From: Oscillospiraceae bacterium
Lineage (GTDB): Bacteria; Bacillota; Clostridia; Oscillospirales; Ruminococcaceae
DNA length: 64,000 nucleotides
Direction of reading: 5' to 3'
NCBI GenBank assembly: GCA_045532595.1
Contig: JAZSGG010000008.1
Coordinates: 969 to 64,968, forward strand
The notes under the pieces were generated by a model. That model worked only from the letters and a program-made list of their open reading frames with translations, was not told the origin of the DNA and did not search any database. This document shows, one piece after another, positions 8,334 through 17,693 of the stretch; positions within the stretch are counted from its first letter, which is position 1, and every line of letters begins with the position of its first letter. Made by a program: the position numbers and the translations under genes.

Positions 8334-10517
8334 ATGATGAACGGCATAAATAAGAACATATCCGTGCGATCTCCGCTGAATGGCAGAGTCGTGAGCCTTT
8401 CAGAGGTTTCGGACACTGTTTTTTCCGAAAAGATACTGGGTGACGGCTGCGCTGTTATCCCGACCGACGGAAAGATATACAGCCCTGTAGACGGCGTGAT
8501 ATCTTCCGTTGCCGAGACTAAGCACGCTTACGGCTTCACAACTGATGAGGGCGTTGAGATACTGGTGCATTTCGGATTGGAGACTGTGTCACTGAACGGA
8601 AACGGATTCATTTCCCATGTAAAAGAAGGCGCAAGAATCAAAGCAGGCGACCTTGTGGCAGAGGCTGACATGGAGCTAATGCAGGAGAAAGGGCTTGACA
8701 CGATCACGTCTGTAATCATTACAGGTGGTTGCGAAGGCTACGATATGCAGGTGGATATCGGTGACATAAAAGTCGGCGATGAGCTTATCAAACTCATCCC
8801 AAACGAAGCGCCCGGCGAGAAGCTTGCCGCTGCAGGCACAGAAGAAGTCCCCGTTGATGATCCTGAGAAGGAGAAAAAACACGGCAAGGGCTTCGATCTG
8901 CTGCAGAAGCTTGGCAAGGTGCTTATGACCGTAATCGCTGTAATGCCTGCGGCAGGTCTCATGATAAGCATCGGCAAGCTTATTGCAATGACAGGCGGCG
9001 ATATCGCTGTTTTAGCAACGATCGGAAGCATTATGGAAAACATCGGCTGGGCGATAATCGGCAATCTGCACATCCTTTTTGCCGTTTCCATCGGAGGCAG
9101 CTGGGCAAAGGAAAAAGCGGGCGGCGCATTTGCTGCGCTGCTTGCATTCATCCTGATAAACAGTGTAACAGGAGCGATATTCGGTGTTTCCTCAGATATG
9201 CTGGCCGACCCTGAGGCTGTGACTTATTCGCTTTTCGGGCAGGAGATGTTAGTATCAAATTACTTTACTTCTGTACTGGGTGCGCCTGCGCTCAACATGG
9301 GCGTTTTTGTGGGCATCATATCAGGCTTTGTGGGCGGTATTGTCTACAATAAGTTCTACAACTTCCGAAAGCTGCCCGAAGCACTCTCCTTCTTCAACGG
9401 AAAGAGATTCGTGCCGCTGGTTGTCATTCTGTGGTCTGTGATAGTTTCGCTGGTGTTGGCGGTGATCTGGCCTGTCATTCAGTCGGGCATCAACGCATTC
9501 GGTATATGGATAGCGGATTCCGCAGACACATCTCCCCTGCTTGCGCCGTTTATCTACGGCACACTGGAAAGACTGCTCCTGCCTTTCGGTCTGCATCATA
9601 TGCTGACTATCCCGATGAACTACACAAGCTTCGGCGGCAGCTATATCATTCAGACAGGCGCATCCGCAGGAACAACAGTATTCGGTCAGGATCCGTTGTG
9701 GCTTGCATGGATAACAGATCTTATCAACTTCAGAAACGCAGGTGATACCGCTGCTTATGAGGCGCTTCTGACCTCAGTTACACCTGCCAGATTCAAGGTA
9801 GGACAAATGATAGGCTCAACAGGACTTCTGCTCGGCATTGCGCTTGCAATGTACCGCAGAGTGGACAAGGACAAGCGAAAGGATTACCGCTCCATGTTCG
9901 TATCAACAGCACTGGCGGTGTTCCTTACAGGCGTTACAGAGCCGATAGAGTTCATGTTTATGTTCTGCGCACTGCCGCTGTATATCGTGTATGCGATTTT
10001 ACAGGGTCTTGCATTCGCACTTTCGGATGTGATAGATCTGAGGCTACACTCCTTCGGCAATCTTGAATTTCTGACACGAGTTCCGATGTCAGTGCAGGCA
10101 GGTCTTGCAGGTGATATCATCAACTTCCTGATAAGCTGCGTTGCTTTCCTTGTGATAGGTTATTTTGTGGCGTACTTCATGATAGGAAGATTCGGTTATG
10201 CAACACCCGGACGTCTCGGAAACTACACTGCAGGCGGCGGAGATGATGACGCACCACGCAGCCCCAACGGCGTATCCTCAGCCGACAGTCAGGCTGAACG
10301 CATTATAGCACTGCTGGGTGGCAGGGAGAATATCACCCTTGTGGACGCATGCATGACAAGGCTGCGAGTGACAGTGAAGGATCCCACGCTTGTTGCGGAT
10401 GCAGACAGATGGAAGGCAGAAGGCGCTCTCGGTCTCGTAAAAAAAGGAGAAGGCATTCAAGCTATATACGGGCCTAAAGCTGACATCCTGAAATCCGACA
10501 TCAACGATATTTTATAG
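8334..10517 (+). CDS. PTS glucose/maltose-family transporter, fused EIIA-EIIC-EIIB
   Basis: EIIA LVHFGLETV; EIIC ERLLLPFGLHH, GVTEPIEF; EIIB DACMTRLR; SD AGGAGG. Confidence 0.92.
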   Translation: MMNGINKNISVRSPLNGRVVSLSEVSDTVFSEKILGDGCAVIPTDGKIYSPVDGVISSVAETKHAYGFTTDEGVEILVHFGLETVSLNGNGFISHVKEGARIKAGDLVAEADMELMQEKGLDTITSVIITGGCEGYDMQVDIGDIKVGDELIKLIPNEAPGEKLAAAGTEEVPVDDPEKEKKHGKGFDLLQKLGKVLMTVIAVMPAAGLMISIGKLIAMTGGDIAVLATIGSIMENIGWAIIGNLHILFAVSIGGSWAKEKAGGAFAALLAFILINSVTGAIFGVSSDMLADPEAVTYSLFGQEMLVSNYFTSVLGAPALNMGVFVGIISGFVGGIVYNKFYNFRKLPEALSFFNGKRFVPLVVILWSVIVSLVLAVIWPVIQSGINAFGIWIADSADTSPLLAPFIYGTLERLLLPFGLHHMLTIPMNYTSFGGSYIIQTGASAGTTVFGQDPLWLAWITDLINFRNAGDTAAYEALLTSVTPARFKVGQMIGSTGLLLGIALAMYRRVDKDKRKDYRSMFVSTALAVFLTGVTEPIEFMFMFCALPLYIVYAILQGLAFALSDVIDLRLHSFGNLEFLTRVPMSVQAGLAGDIINFLISCVAFLVIGYFVAYFMIGRFGYATPGRLGNYTAGGGDDDAPRSPNGVSSADSQAERIIALLGGRENITLVDACMTRLRVTVKDPTLVADADRWKAEGALGLVKKGEGIQAIYGPKADILKSDINDIL

Positions 10518-10523
10518 CATCAT

Positions 10524-10555
10524 AAAAGGGCGACGTAAGACTACGCCGCCCTTTT
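10524..10555. terminator. Bidirectional terminator
   Basis: AAAAGGGCGACGTA-agac-TACGCCGCCCTTTT. Confidence 0.8.
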
Positions 10556-10569
10556 GATATATCATTTCA

Positions 10570-12405
10570 TCAGATCCAGAAAGCATACAGCTCAAAATAC
10601 AGAAGGAAAGCTGTTGTAAGCACACAGAAAATTGCTGTGATGATATGCCTTACCTTTACGGATATCTTCATCTCTTTTGATGTGAATACGTTTTTTATAA
10701 GCAGAACTGCAGCTGCTACCATAGCAAGCATTGACAGCATAACGATGATACTCATTATTACTGTACCGACCGAAGAGAACGGGAATACAAGGAAGTAAAG
10801 CGCAACTGTCAGCACAGAAAGAACGATACCGCCCTGACCCAGCAGTGCGAGCTTAGCCGCTGCATCGCCCTTTCTCTTCTTCAGCATACAGAGATTGATA
10901 ATGAGGAACACCAGATAGATAATACCGATAGCCGCAGTGGCAAATACCCATATAAACTTCAGCATGAATGTTCCGTCGTACATATAATCCGTGAAAGACA
11001 CCTGCAGCAGCGGAGCGTCATCGGAAGTCCTGCCGCCGAATATGACCGTCTTCTGCGAATCCTGTTCAAAGATATATGTATCATCTGCTATTCTTGTAAG
11101 CTTAGCCAGACCGAGAACGCTGTAAACATCCTCATCCTCAGTGGGGGTAGCGCCGAAAAGGGATAAATAGCTTATCATCTTTGCCCAGCCCTTCAGGATA
11201 CCTCTTGCCGATACATAATAGCCTGAAATATCGCTGCGCTCTGTGATCTCGCCGCCTGCCATGCGGGGATTATCCGCAGCATCTCCGAATACTAGCTGAG
11301 GAATGCCGCTGCACATCAGGCTCTCGCCCATCTGATTCGTCACGACCGCAACGCCTGTTTTGCTGACAGGATCAAACATGAGGTTTGCGGAAAAGCCTTG
11401 AGTGTTGCCACCGTGACCCATTACATCCACAGCATAGAAATCATTCCACAGTCCGTGATTGTTTCGGGGGGTAACACCATCGCCATAAAAAGAAGATGCA
11501 GAGAGCATAAGATCGAGAGTCTCCTGCTTTTCAAAAAGCAGGCAGTCATCACTTACAAACGCCTGACCGAATGCGGTGAGATCCGCAAGTGTACCTGTAA
11601 CAGAGCCTGCAGGATACAGCAGGATATAGCTCATACAAGTATCCATCGGCATATCAACTACCTGACCCATCTGCTCCATAACAACGTAGGCCTTTGCCTT
11701 CTCACGCTGAGTGCGCACCCATTCATTGTCACGATAATCCGCAGCAACAGAAGTATGCTCCATGCCGAGCGGCTGCAGGATGTTCTCACGCACATACTCC
11801 GCATAATCCTGTCCGCTCACGCACTCAACTATGTAACCTGCCAGCGCCGCACCCCAGTTGGAATATGCAGTTATCTCACCGGGTTTATTGACCTGAGCAG
11901 GCTCACATGCCTTCAGCGCCTCGCCGAGCGGGATTATATCTGCTTCATCGGCTACCTCAAGTCCGAAAACAGTCTCCTGCCAGCCTGCGTTATGATTCAT
12001 CAGATTGAGCATAGTTATCGGCTCATCATAGCTAAGCTTTTTGAAGAAACCTTCAGGCAGATATGCGCGGACATTTTCATTCAGATCGAGCTTTCCCTGC
12101 TCGTACAGCTGCATTGCACTCACCCATACGAACAGCTTGGATATACTTCCCCACTCATAAACAGTGTCATCGTCTGCCTTGACGGAATTTTCCCTGTCTA
12201 TCTCGCCGAAATGTCCGCTATAGACAACATCCTCACCGACAAAAACAGCTGCGCCAAAGGATGCATACTTACCTTCATTCTCAGCAGCATAAGCTTCTAT
12301 CTCTGCGCCGAAATCAGCAGAAACTGTTTCCACCGCATTAACAGACGAAGCCATCACGCTCAGCGACATCACCGCAACCAATAGCGATGACAATATCTTC
12401 TTCAT
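10570..12405 (-). CDS. Secreted/membrane serine hydrolase (beta-lactamase/AmpC-like fold) with C-terminal TM helices
   Basis: Signal peptide MKKILSSLLV; SISK (SxxK), YSN, GHGG; hydrophobic C-terminus. Confidence 0.85.
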   Translation of the reverse strand: MKKILSSLLVAVMSLSVMASSVNAVETVSADFGAEIEAYAAENEGKYASFGAAVFVGEDVVYSGHFGEIDRENSVKADDDTVYEWGSISKLFVWVSAMQLYEQGKLDLNENVRAYLPEGFFKKLSYDEPITMLNLMNHNAGWQETVFGLEVADEADIIPLGEALKACEPAQVNKPGEITAYSNWGAALAGYIVECVSGQDYAEYVRENILQPLGMEHTSVAADYRDNEWVRTQREKAKAYVVMEQMGQVVDMPMDTCMSYILLYPAGSVTGTLADLTAFGQAFVSDDCLLFEKQETLDLMLSASSFYGDGVTPRNNHGLWNDFYAVDVMGHGGNTQGFSANLMFDPVSKTGVAVVTNQMGESLMCSGIPQLVFGDAADNPRMAGGEITERSDISGYYVSARGILKGWAKMISYLSLFGATPTEDEDVYSVLGLAKLTRIADDTYIFEQDSQKTVIFGGRTSDDAPLLQVSFTDYMYDGTFMLKFIWVFATAAIGIIYLVFLIINLCMLKKRKGDAAAKLALLGQGGIVLSVLTVALYFLVFPFSSVGTVIMSIIVMLSMLAMVAAAVLLIKNVFTSKEMKISVKVRHIITAIFCVLTTAFLLYFELYAFWI

Positions 12406-12452
12406 AATATCAGCCTCCAGATTTGTTGTTATTGTATATGTTCGATATACAC

Positions 12453-12481
12453 AATATACCACCTTTAATATGATTTGTCAA
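12453..12481 (-). promoter_or_regulatory. SigA promoter of the serine hydrolase
   Basis: TTGACA-17-TATATT on the minus strand. Confidence 0.65.
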
Positions 12482-13452
12482 TAGGTTTTTTTATTTTTAC
12501 CACAAATTCTTTCATCTATCCTTCTTGCAAAGGAAAATGTATATGGGATAAAATACTTGCTCCAGAAATTAAGTGCTGTAGGATTAAGAGTTTCAAAATC
12601 CACGCCGAGATGCGTGACGCCCTCGTCAGAAAGAGTGTCACGAATATACCCGAGAAGCGATTGTGCGAGACCTCCGCTGCGATATCTCTCATCAAAATAC
12701 GCACCACAGATATTTTTCATCTTTGCATGTTCGGTAATGAAGTTTTCCCCATCATCCTCCAATGAGATGAAACCTATTATTTCACCATCAGATTCCGCAA
12801 CAAATACACGAATGTCCCTCCTCTGAAACCATTCCTCATAACGTGCCTTATCTGTCGGATAGAATATAGGTGAATTTTCAAGATGCTTCACAAGTCCATT
12901 TCTCAGCTTTCTTATTCTTTCAAATTCATCTGAGAGCAATTCACTGAAATGAACTTCGCTTCCGTGATTTTTCAAGGAAAGCTTTGATATCTCACGCACT
13001 GCGTCACAGCACCGTATTCCAAATCCGTTAAGCACAAACGAGTGTGCGATTTCATCATCATGCGCATATCTGCTCAGAGCGCAGCTATAAACACCGCTGT
13101 TCACAAATTCCTCCGCTACACTCGCAAGCAGCATTGAAGCCAGTCTGCCACGATCTTCATACTCATAGGAAAACGCACTTCCACCGAGAGGCGAAAACAC
13201 ACCCTTAACATCACCTAAAAATCCATCCCATGGGCCTGCGAACAAAAGATATCCCACAAGCTTGCCATCACGCACCGCAACCTTACCGAAAGGCTGACTG
13301 CTAAGCCAATTCAGAACTCCCGTCAGCATTTCGGAAGTATCTTCTTCGGGGAGATCTGGACAATACTTTCTTTCCTCTGCAAGCTCGCTCAGAGCAAGCT
13401 TTACGGCATCGCCGATATATGCTACTGTAAATCTCTCAAACACTATGCTCAT
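12478..13452 (-). CDS. Tandem-domain GNAT acetyltransferase
   Basis: FVAESDGEIIGF...RYRSGGLAQSLL...ALNFWSKY; 4-bp overlap with rsgA. Confidence 0.75.
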   Translation of the reverse strand: MSIVFERFTVAYIGDAVKLALSELAEERKYCPDLPEEDTSEMLTGVLNWLSSQPFGKVAVRDGKLVGYLLFAGPWDGFLGDVKGVFSPLGGSAFSYEYEDRGRLASMLLASVAEEFVNSGVYSCALSRYAHDDEIAHSFVLNGFGIRCCDAVREISKLSLKNHGSEVHFSELLSDEFERIRKLRNGLVKHLENSPIFYPTDKARYEEWFQRRDIRVFVAESDGEIIGFISLEDDGENFITEHAKMKNICGAYFDERYRSGGLAQSLLGYIRDTLSDEGVTHLGVDFETLNPTALNFWSKYFIPYTFSFARRIDERICGKNKKTY

Positions 13453-14408
13453 TTTCTGTACCCCGCTTTCATTCTCTTTGCCTTGAAATTCTCATCATAA
13501 AGCCTTTGATACAGCCGCCAGCGTTTTTCACTGATCTCACCCGCTTCAAGAGCCTGTTTTACGGCACAGCCGGGCTCGGTATCATGCCTGCAATTGCTAA
13601 ACCTGCACAGCGGAAACAGATCCGTTATTTCAGAAAAAGTGTCATCTATTCCCTTGTCGATATCACATACGCCTATCTCTCTCATGCCGGGGGTGTCAAT
13701 TATCGTAACTCCGTTGTCAAGAACGAAAAGCTGCCTGTGAGTAGTCGTGTGGCGACCTTTGCCGTCATCCTCACGGATACTGCTGGTCTTCATTACCTCC
13801 TTGCCTGCGATGGCATTAAGCATCGTGGATTTTCCTACGCCCGACGAACCGATAAGCGCAATAGTAACGCCTTCTCTGAAATACTTCTGCAGATCTGACA
13901 TACCCTCACCTGTAACAGAGCTTACAGCTATCACATCAGTTTTTTCAGAAACGCTGCGCACCTCTGCGATATAGTCCTCAATATTAAAGCAAAGATCTGC
14001 CTTGCTTAGCACCACCACAGGCATACCGCCGCCCTGAACAGTCACCGAAATATATCGTGCTATCCTGCCGATATTGAAATTCTGATTGAGCGAGGTCACT
14101 ATGAACACATAATCAAAATTCGCTGCAATGGGCTGTTCCACAAGAGTTTTCACATAACCGTCCGCATGACCGCTGCGGTCGGGTCGGGAGAGATAGCTTT
14201 TTCTCTCCGATATGCTGTCAATAAGAGAATCTCCATATGGATTGTAGATGACCTCCACATAATCTCCCACAACGGGATAATTGCCGCTGTTGTAGAGAGT
14301 TCCTTTCATTCTGGCGCTTATCTCTCCCATATCCCCCATGAGAGTATAACGCTCACGCTGTACCTCAGATACTCGCATAGTAAGTGTTGTTTTTTCGTTA
14401 GTAGTCAT
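13449..14408 (-). CDS. rsgA: Ribosome small subunit-dependent GTPase A (RsgA family, probable paralogue)
   Basis: SKADL, GSSGVGKST, GRHTTT, DTPGMRE, zinc finger CRFSNCRHDTEPGC; start 14408 or 14429. Confidence 0.9.
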   Translation of the reverse strand: MTTNEKTTLTMRVSEVQRERYTLMGDMGEISARMKGTLYNSGNYPVVGDYVEVIYNPYGDSLIDSISERKSYLSRPDRSGHADGYVKTLVEQPIAANFDYVFIVTSLNQNFNIGRIARYISVTVQGGGMPVVVLSKADLCFNIEDYIAEVRSVSEKTDVIAVSSVTGEGMSDLQKYFREGVTIALIGSSGVGKSTMLNAIAGKEVMKTSSIREDDGKGRHTTTHRQLFVLDNGVTIIDTPGMREIGVCDIDKGIDDTFSEITDLFPLCRFSNCRHDTEPGCAVKQALEAGEISEKRWRLYQRLYDENFKAKRMKAGYRK

Positions 14409-14524
14409 TGTAATAACCATTCCTTTCATATACTTTCATCAATCTTTTGCATTACCTCGGCAATATCCGACAAATGCTGCGGCACGAGAAAAGAAAGGAC
14501 ATCCCAAAATCTGAATTTGGGCGC

Positions 14525-14556
14525 AAAAATGCCGCAGCATGAACACACTGCGGCAT
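14525..14556 (-). terminator. Terminator inside the rsgA leader (attenuator)
   Basis: ATGCCGCAG-loop-CTGCGGCAT then TTTT on the minus strand. Confidence 0.75.
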
Positions 14557-14576
14557 AAATATCTCATAAGAAATAG

Positions 14577-14642
14577 TTATTTCAATATTGCCGAGGTAAT
14601 CCTGCTCTTACAATTATTCGATCTTCTCATAATGTAGGTCAT
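14577..14642 (-). CDS. Putative 21-aa leader peptide MTYIMRRSNNCKSRITSAILK
   Basis: SD GAAAGAGAGGT; lies between a SigA promoter and a terminator upstream of rsgA. Confidence 0.6.
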   Translation of the reverse strand: MTYIMRRSNNCKSRITSAILK

Positions 14643-14706
14643 CTTAATTACCTCTCTTTCCTGAAATTTCAGTTTTCGAAAACATGTGTTTTCAAACACC
14701 TTATTA

Positions 14707-14735
14707 AGTATAACACCATAATAAAGATTTGTCAA
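14707..14735 (-). promoter_or_regulatory. SigA promoter of the leader-rsgA-GNAT unit
   Basis: TTGACA-17-TATACT on the minus strand. Confidence 0.8.
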
Positions 14736-14765
14736 GGGGTTACACTGTTTTTCGGATAAATTCAT

Positions 14766-15332
14766 TTACGCATTATAGTACATATCATAAACCACATATC
14801 CGCTGATATCGCTGAGTGAGCCTTCTGAGGTCTCCATGCACATCATGCACCTCGGCTCCTGCATCGGGAATCCGCTTGTGGGATGGATGCCGAATTCCGA
14901 CGAGGTCTTAAAGCCTACACGGTTATAAAAATGATAGTCACCCTCCACGTTTATGCCCTTGAATCCGTACTTTTTCACTTCCTCGATACCGAGCTTCAGC
15001 ATGGTTATTCCGACGTGCTGATGGAAATAGTCCGCATGAACGGAAACAGGTGCAAGCATAGCAATGCTGCCGTCGTTGATATGACCGCCCTCTTTGGTCT
15101 CAGACAGCGGAAATCTCGAAAACAGGAAATGTCCCACTATCTTTCCGTCAAGCTCTGCTACAAAGGAAAGCTCGGGGATGTAATACTCTGACATTCTGAT
15201 CTCCTCAATCAGAGCGATAATGTCACTGCCGTCGGAATAATCAGTTCCCTCGCTGAACGACCGCAGCACGAGAGAGATGATATCCTTGTAGTCCTTCGGT
15301 GTTTCGGGTCTTATTGTAATGTCGTTTCTCAT
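14766..15332 (-). CDS. GNAT N-acetyltransferase (YhbS-like)
   Basis: IRPETPKDY; LSFVAELDGKIVGH; LAPVSVH; GDYHFYNRVGF. Confidence 0.85.
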   Translation of the reverse strand: MRNDITIRPETPKDYKDIISLVLRSFSEGTDYSDGSDIIALIEEIRMSEYYIPELSFVAELDGKIVGHFLFSRFPLSETKEGGHINDGSIAMLAPVSVHADYFHQHVGITMLKLGIEEVKKYGFKGINVEGDYHFYNRVGFKTSSEFGIHPTSGFPMQEPRCMMCMETSEGSLSDISGYVVYDMYYNA

Positions 15333-15395
15333 TAATTCTCCACTTAATTCATTGTAATTGCTTAGTTCATAACAAGTTTCAATATACACACTTTT

Positions 15396-15980
15396 TTATT
15401 CTTTATGCTCCTCAATTGAAAAATGCGACTGAATCATCTTGGCGACTTCTTCTGCAGCTAAAGCAGTGTTATCAATTTTAATATAGTTTTCAAAGGGCAG
15501 GCTCTCTCCGTCGTAGGAATTGAGACGATATTTCTCACTCGTATTTCTCATTTCCTCCTCACTCCATTCAAGATCGCGTTTAGATTCCTTGTGAAGCAAT
15601 CGGTTTTCGCTTTTGTTTCGGATAAGGCGTTCTTCAAAATCAGCGCAAAGCTCGACAACATAACAGCTTGCTCCATTTGCCTTAAATTGCTCTATTACAT
15701 TCTGCAGATAGTCAAACTCGCTCTGCAAATCGAAAGCACACATATATGTGAATATCAATCCACGGAAATCCCCCTTAGCAAACAGTTCAAACACCGTTTT
15801 CCGAATGGTTTCGTTCAAAATGCACCATTCTTTTTCAGAGGCAGAAAAAAGCTTTCGGGTCAGCTCAATGGACATGTGATTATGAAACAAGCGTAGTCCC
15901 GTAAGCTTTGCAAGCTCCTGTCCCACGGTCATTTTTCCTACAGCGTGAGGACCCAGAATAATTACAAGCGACTTGGACAT
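15396..15980 (-). CDS. P-loop nucleoside/shikimate-kinase-like protein
   Basis: IILGPHAVGKMTVG...LRLFHNH; VELCADFEERLIRNKSENRL. Confidence 0.8.
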   Translation of the reverse strand: MSKSLVIILGPHAVGKMTVGQELAKLTGLRLFHNHMSIELTRKLFSASEKEWCILNETIRKTVFELFAKGDFRGLIFTYMCAFDLQSEFDYLQNVIEQFKANGASCYVVELCADFEERLIRNKSENRLLHKESKRDLEWSEEEMRNTSEKYRLNSYDGESLPFENYIKIDNTALAAEEVAKMIQSHFSIEEHKE

Positions 15981-15981
15981 T

Positions 15982-16416
15982 TTAGTTCTCCTTGTACATA
16001 AACATAATATATTCATTGTCAACAAAGCCGTTTTTATGATAGAAATGAGGTGCAGGTGCATACTTATTCGTGCAAAGAGTAAGTCCTGCAAGCTTATGCT
16101 CCGAAACGTATCTTTCCGCAACCTGTATCAGTGAAGTGCCATGGCCGCTGCGCTGAAGCTCGGGACGTATGAACATCTCATCAATAAACAGCTCGCTGTT
16201 GTTCCACCATATCTTTTCATGTGCAAACAGCGCACCGACGATCTTTCCGTCATCCTCAACTACAAAGCCGACGAACTTACTTGCATAGAAATAATCCGCA
16301 AGATATGCTGCGGCGGTCTCAGCAGTCCAGTGACACTGCCACATCTCATTGTTATATACAGCACAGAGTATCTCTGCGCACTGCGGAATATCCGCTTCCA
16401 GCATTGCTCTTATCAT
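15982..16416 (-). CDS. GNAT N-acetyltransferase
   Basis: LFIDEMFIRPELQRSGHGTSLI; APHFYHKNGF. Confidence 0.85.
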   Translation of the reverse strand: MIRAMLEADIPQCAEILCAVYNNEMWQCHWTAETAAAYLADYFYASKFVGFVVEDDGKIVGALFAHEKIWWNNSELFIDEMFIRPELQRSGHGTSLIQVAERYVSEHKLAGLTLCTNKYAPAPHFYHKNGFVDNEYIMFMYKEN

Positions 16417-16417
16417 G

Positions 16418-16894
16418 TCAGTCCTCCGTCATCACAACCGAGAACGCAAACGGAACAGCCTTTGCCGTTTTGTTTACGAAATCCACGGTATAGCCTGTGC
16501 CATCCTTGTGAAAAAATCCTTCCTGCGGTTTTATGCGAATATAGCACAAATTATCATCATCCTCGTTATTGTGGAGAAAATACCACTTTTCGAACACATC
16601 TATCAGCTTTTCCCTGATAGCTGCATTATGCCGATCCTTCGGATGCCCGATGACCTCCGCCCCACCGCTGAAGGAATGAGCGTTTCTCGTACAGAGCGAT
16701 ACATTGGGATTCCGCCGTATATCCCTGACCTTTTGCGAGAGGCCATACGCCACCACATAGAAGCATTCACCATCAAAATATGTATCAACATAGCGCTGAT
16801 ACGGTGCGTTTCCGTTTATCGTTGCGAGCGCAAACTGGTAGTCACGCCCGAACATCTCCGTCATGACCTGTATTGCTTTTTCATATTCGTTCAT
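16418..16894 (-). CDS. Pyridoxamine 5'-phosphate oxidase-like FMN-binding protein
   Basis: FALATING..PYQRYVD..FYVVAYGLSQKVRDIRRNPNVSL. Confidence 0.75.
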   Translation of the reverse strand: MNEYEKAIQVMTEMFGRDYQFALATINGNAPYQRYVDTYFDGECFYVVAYGLSQKVRDIRRNPNVSLCTRNAHSFSGGAEVIGHPKDRHNAAIREKLIDVFEKWYFLHNNEDDDNLCYIRIKPQEGFFHKDGTGYTVDFVNKTAKAVPFAFSVVMTED

Positions 16895-16898
16895 ATCA

Positions 16899-17693
16899 TC
16901 ACCTGATACTCATTCTTAGCCTTTCATAAGCTGCGCTCCAGTCTCTGTGGGCATTATCAAGAATGATCTTCTCCACAGGCAGCTCAGAGAGTATTCGAAG
17001 CTCCCTTTCCTGCCGCTCTCTAAGACAGGCTATGTAGCCATCAAAGCCTACGGCGGAAATGATCCTGCCGTAAGTGCCGTTCACATGGTAGTCTATTACT
17101 CCGTCAAGCCAGCCCTCACGCTCGGCGGATGCCTTATTCACGCAATCCGCTATATCATCGTTTCTGAGGTATATCACAACGGGACCCATCGGTGAGATAA
17201 TCTCCGCTATCTGTTGTATGTAATCACGGGAAATGCACTCGTCAAAGCCGAAACGCATCATTGTCTCGCACATGGGATTCTGAAGCAGAACGCAGTTAAA
17301 CACATAAACCGTATCAGCATCTGCATTTTTAACGAAGCTGCGCCACTTTTCAAGCATAACAGGCTTTTCAATTTCCCACGGCAGGAAATCATATATCTTG
17401 TGCTTCAGCAGCCTGTCGAAAAGCTCGCCTTGAAAATGCGAGAGCGGCACAGCAAAGCCATCCGCAGCAGGCTCAGAGCTGCATTTTATCGCAGACTGCT
17501 CCTCAGCCGAAAACTCAGATAATGTGCTTTCGCTGAGGTATGCATGAAATTCGTAGTCCGCAGGATGATCTCCGCTGCCCTCGTCCACATAAACGACCTT
17601 GCTATGTTCTTTCAGAAGTTCTGCAACAAATGCAGAAGTCGTGCTTTTACCCGAACACGGAAGCCCCTCGATGATAAATAATCTGTTATTCAT
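16899..17693 (-). CDS. P-loop NTPase/kinase-like protein
   Basis: IIEGLPCSGKSTTS Walker A. Confidence 0.7.
   Translation of the reverse strand: MNNRLFIIEGLPCSGKSTTSAFVAELLKEHSKVVYVDEGSGDHPADYEFHAYLSESTLSEFSAEEQSAIKCSSEPAADGFAVPLSHFQGELFDRLLKHKIYDFLPWEIEKPVMLEKWRSFVKNADADTVYVFNCVLLQNPMCETMMRFGFDECISRDYIQQIAEIISPMGPVVIYLRNDDIADCVNKASAEREGWLDGVIDYHVNGTYGRIISAVGFDGYIACLRERQERELRILSELPVEKIILDNAHRDWSAAYERLRMSIR

Noticed and set aside
14577-14765. Full 62-aa version of the leader ORF
   Set aside because: Its 5' part spans the promoter itself; only the 21-aa part from ATG 14642 has an SD and lies in the transcript
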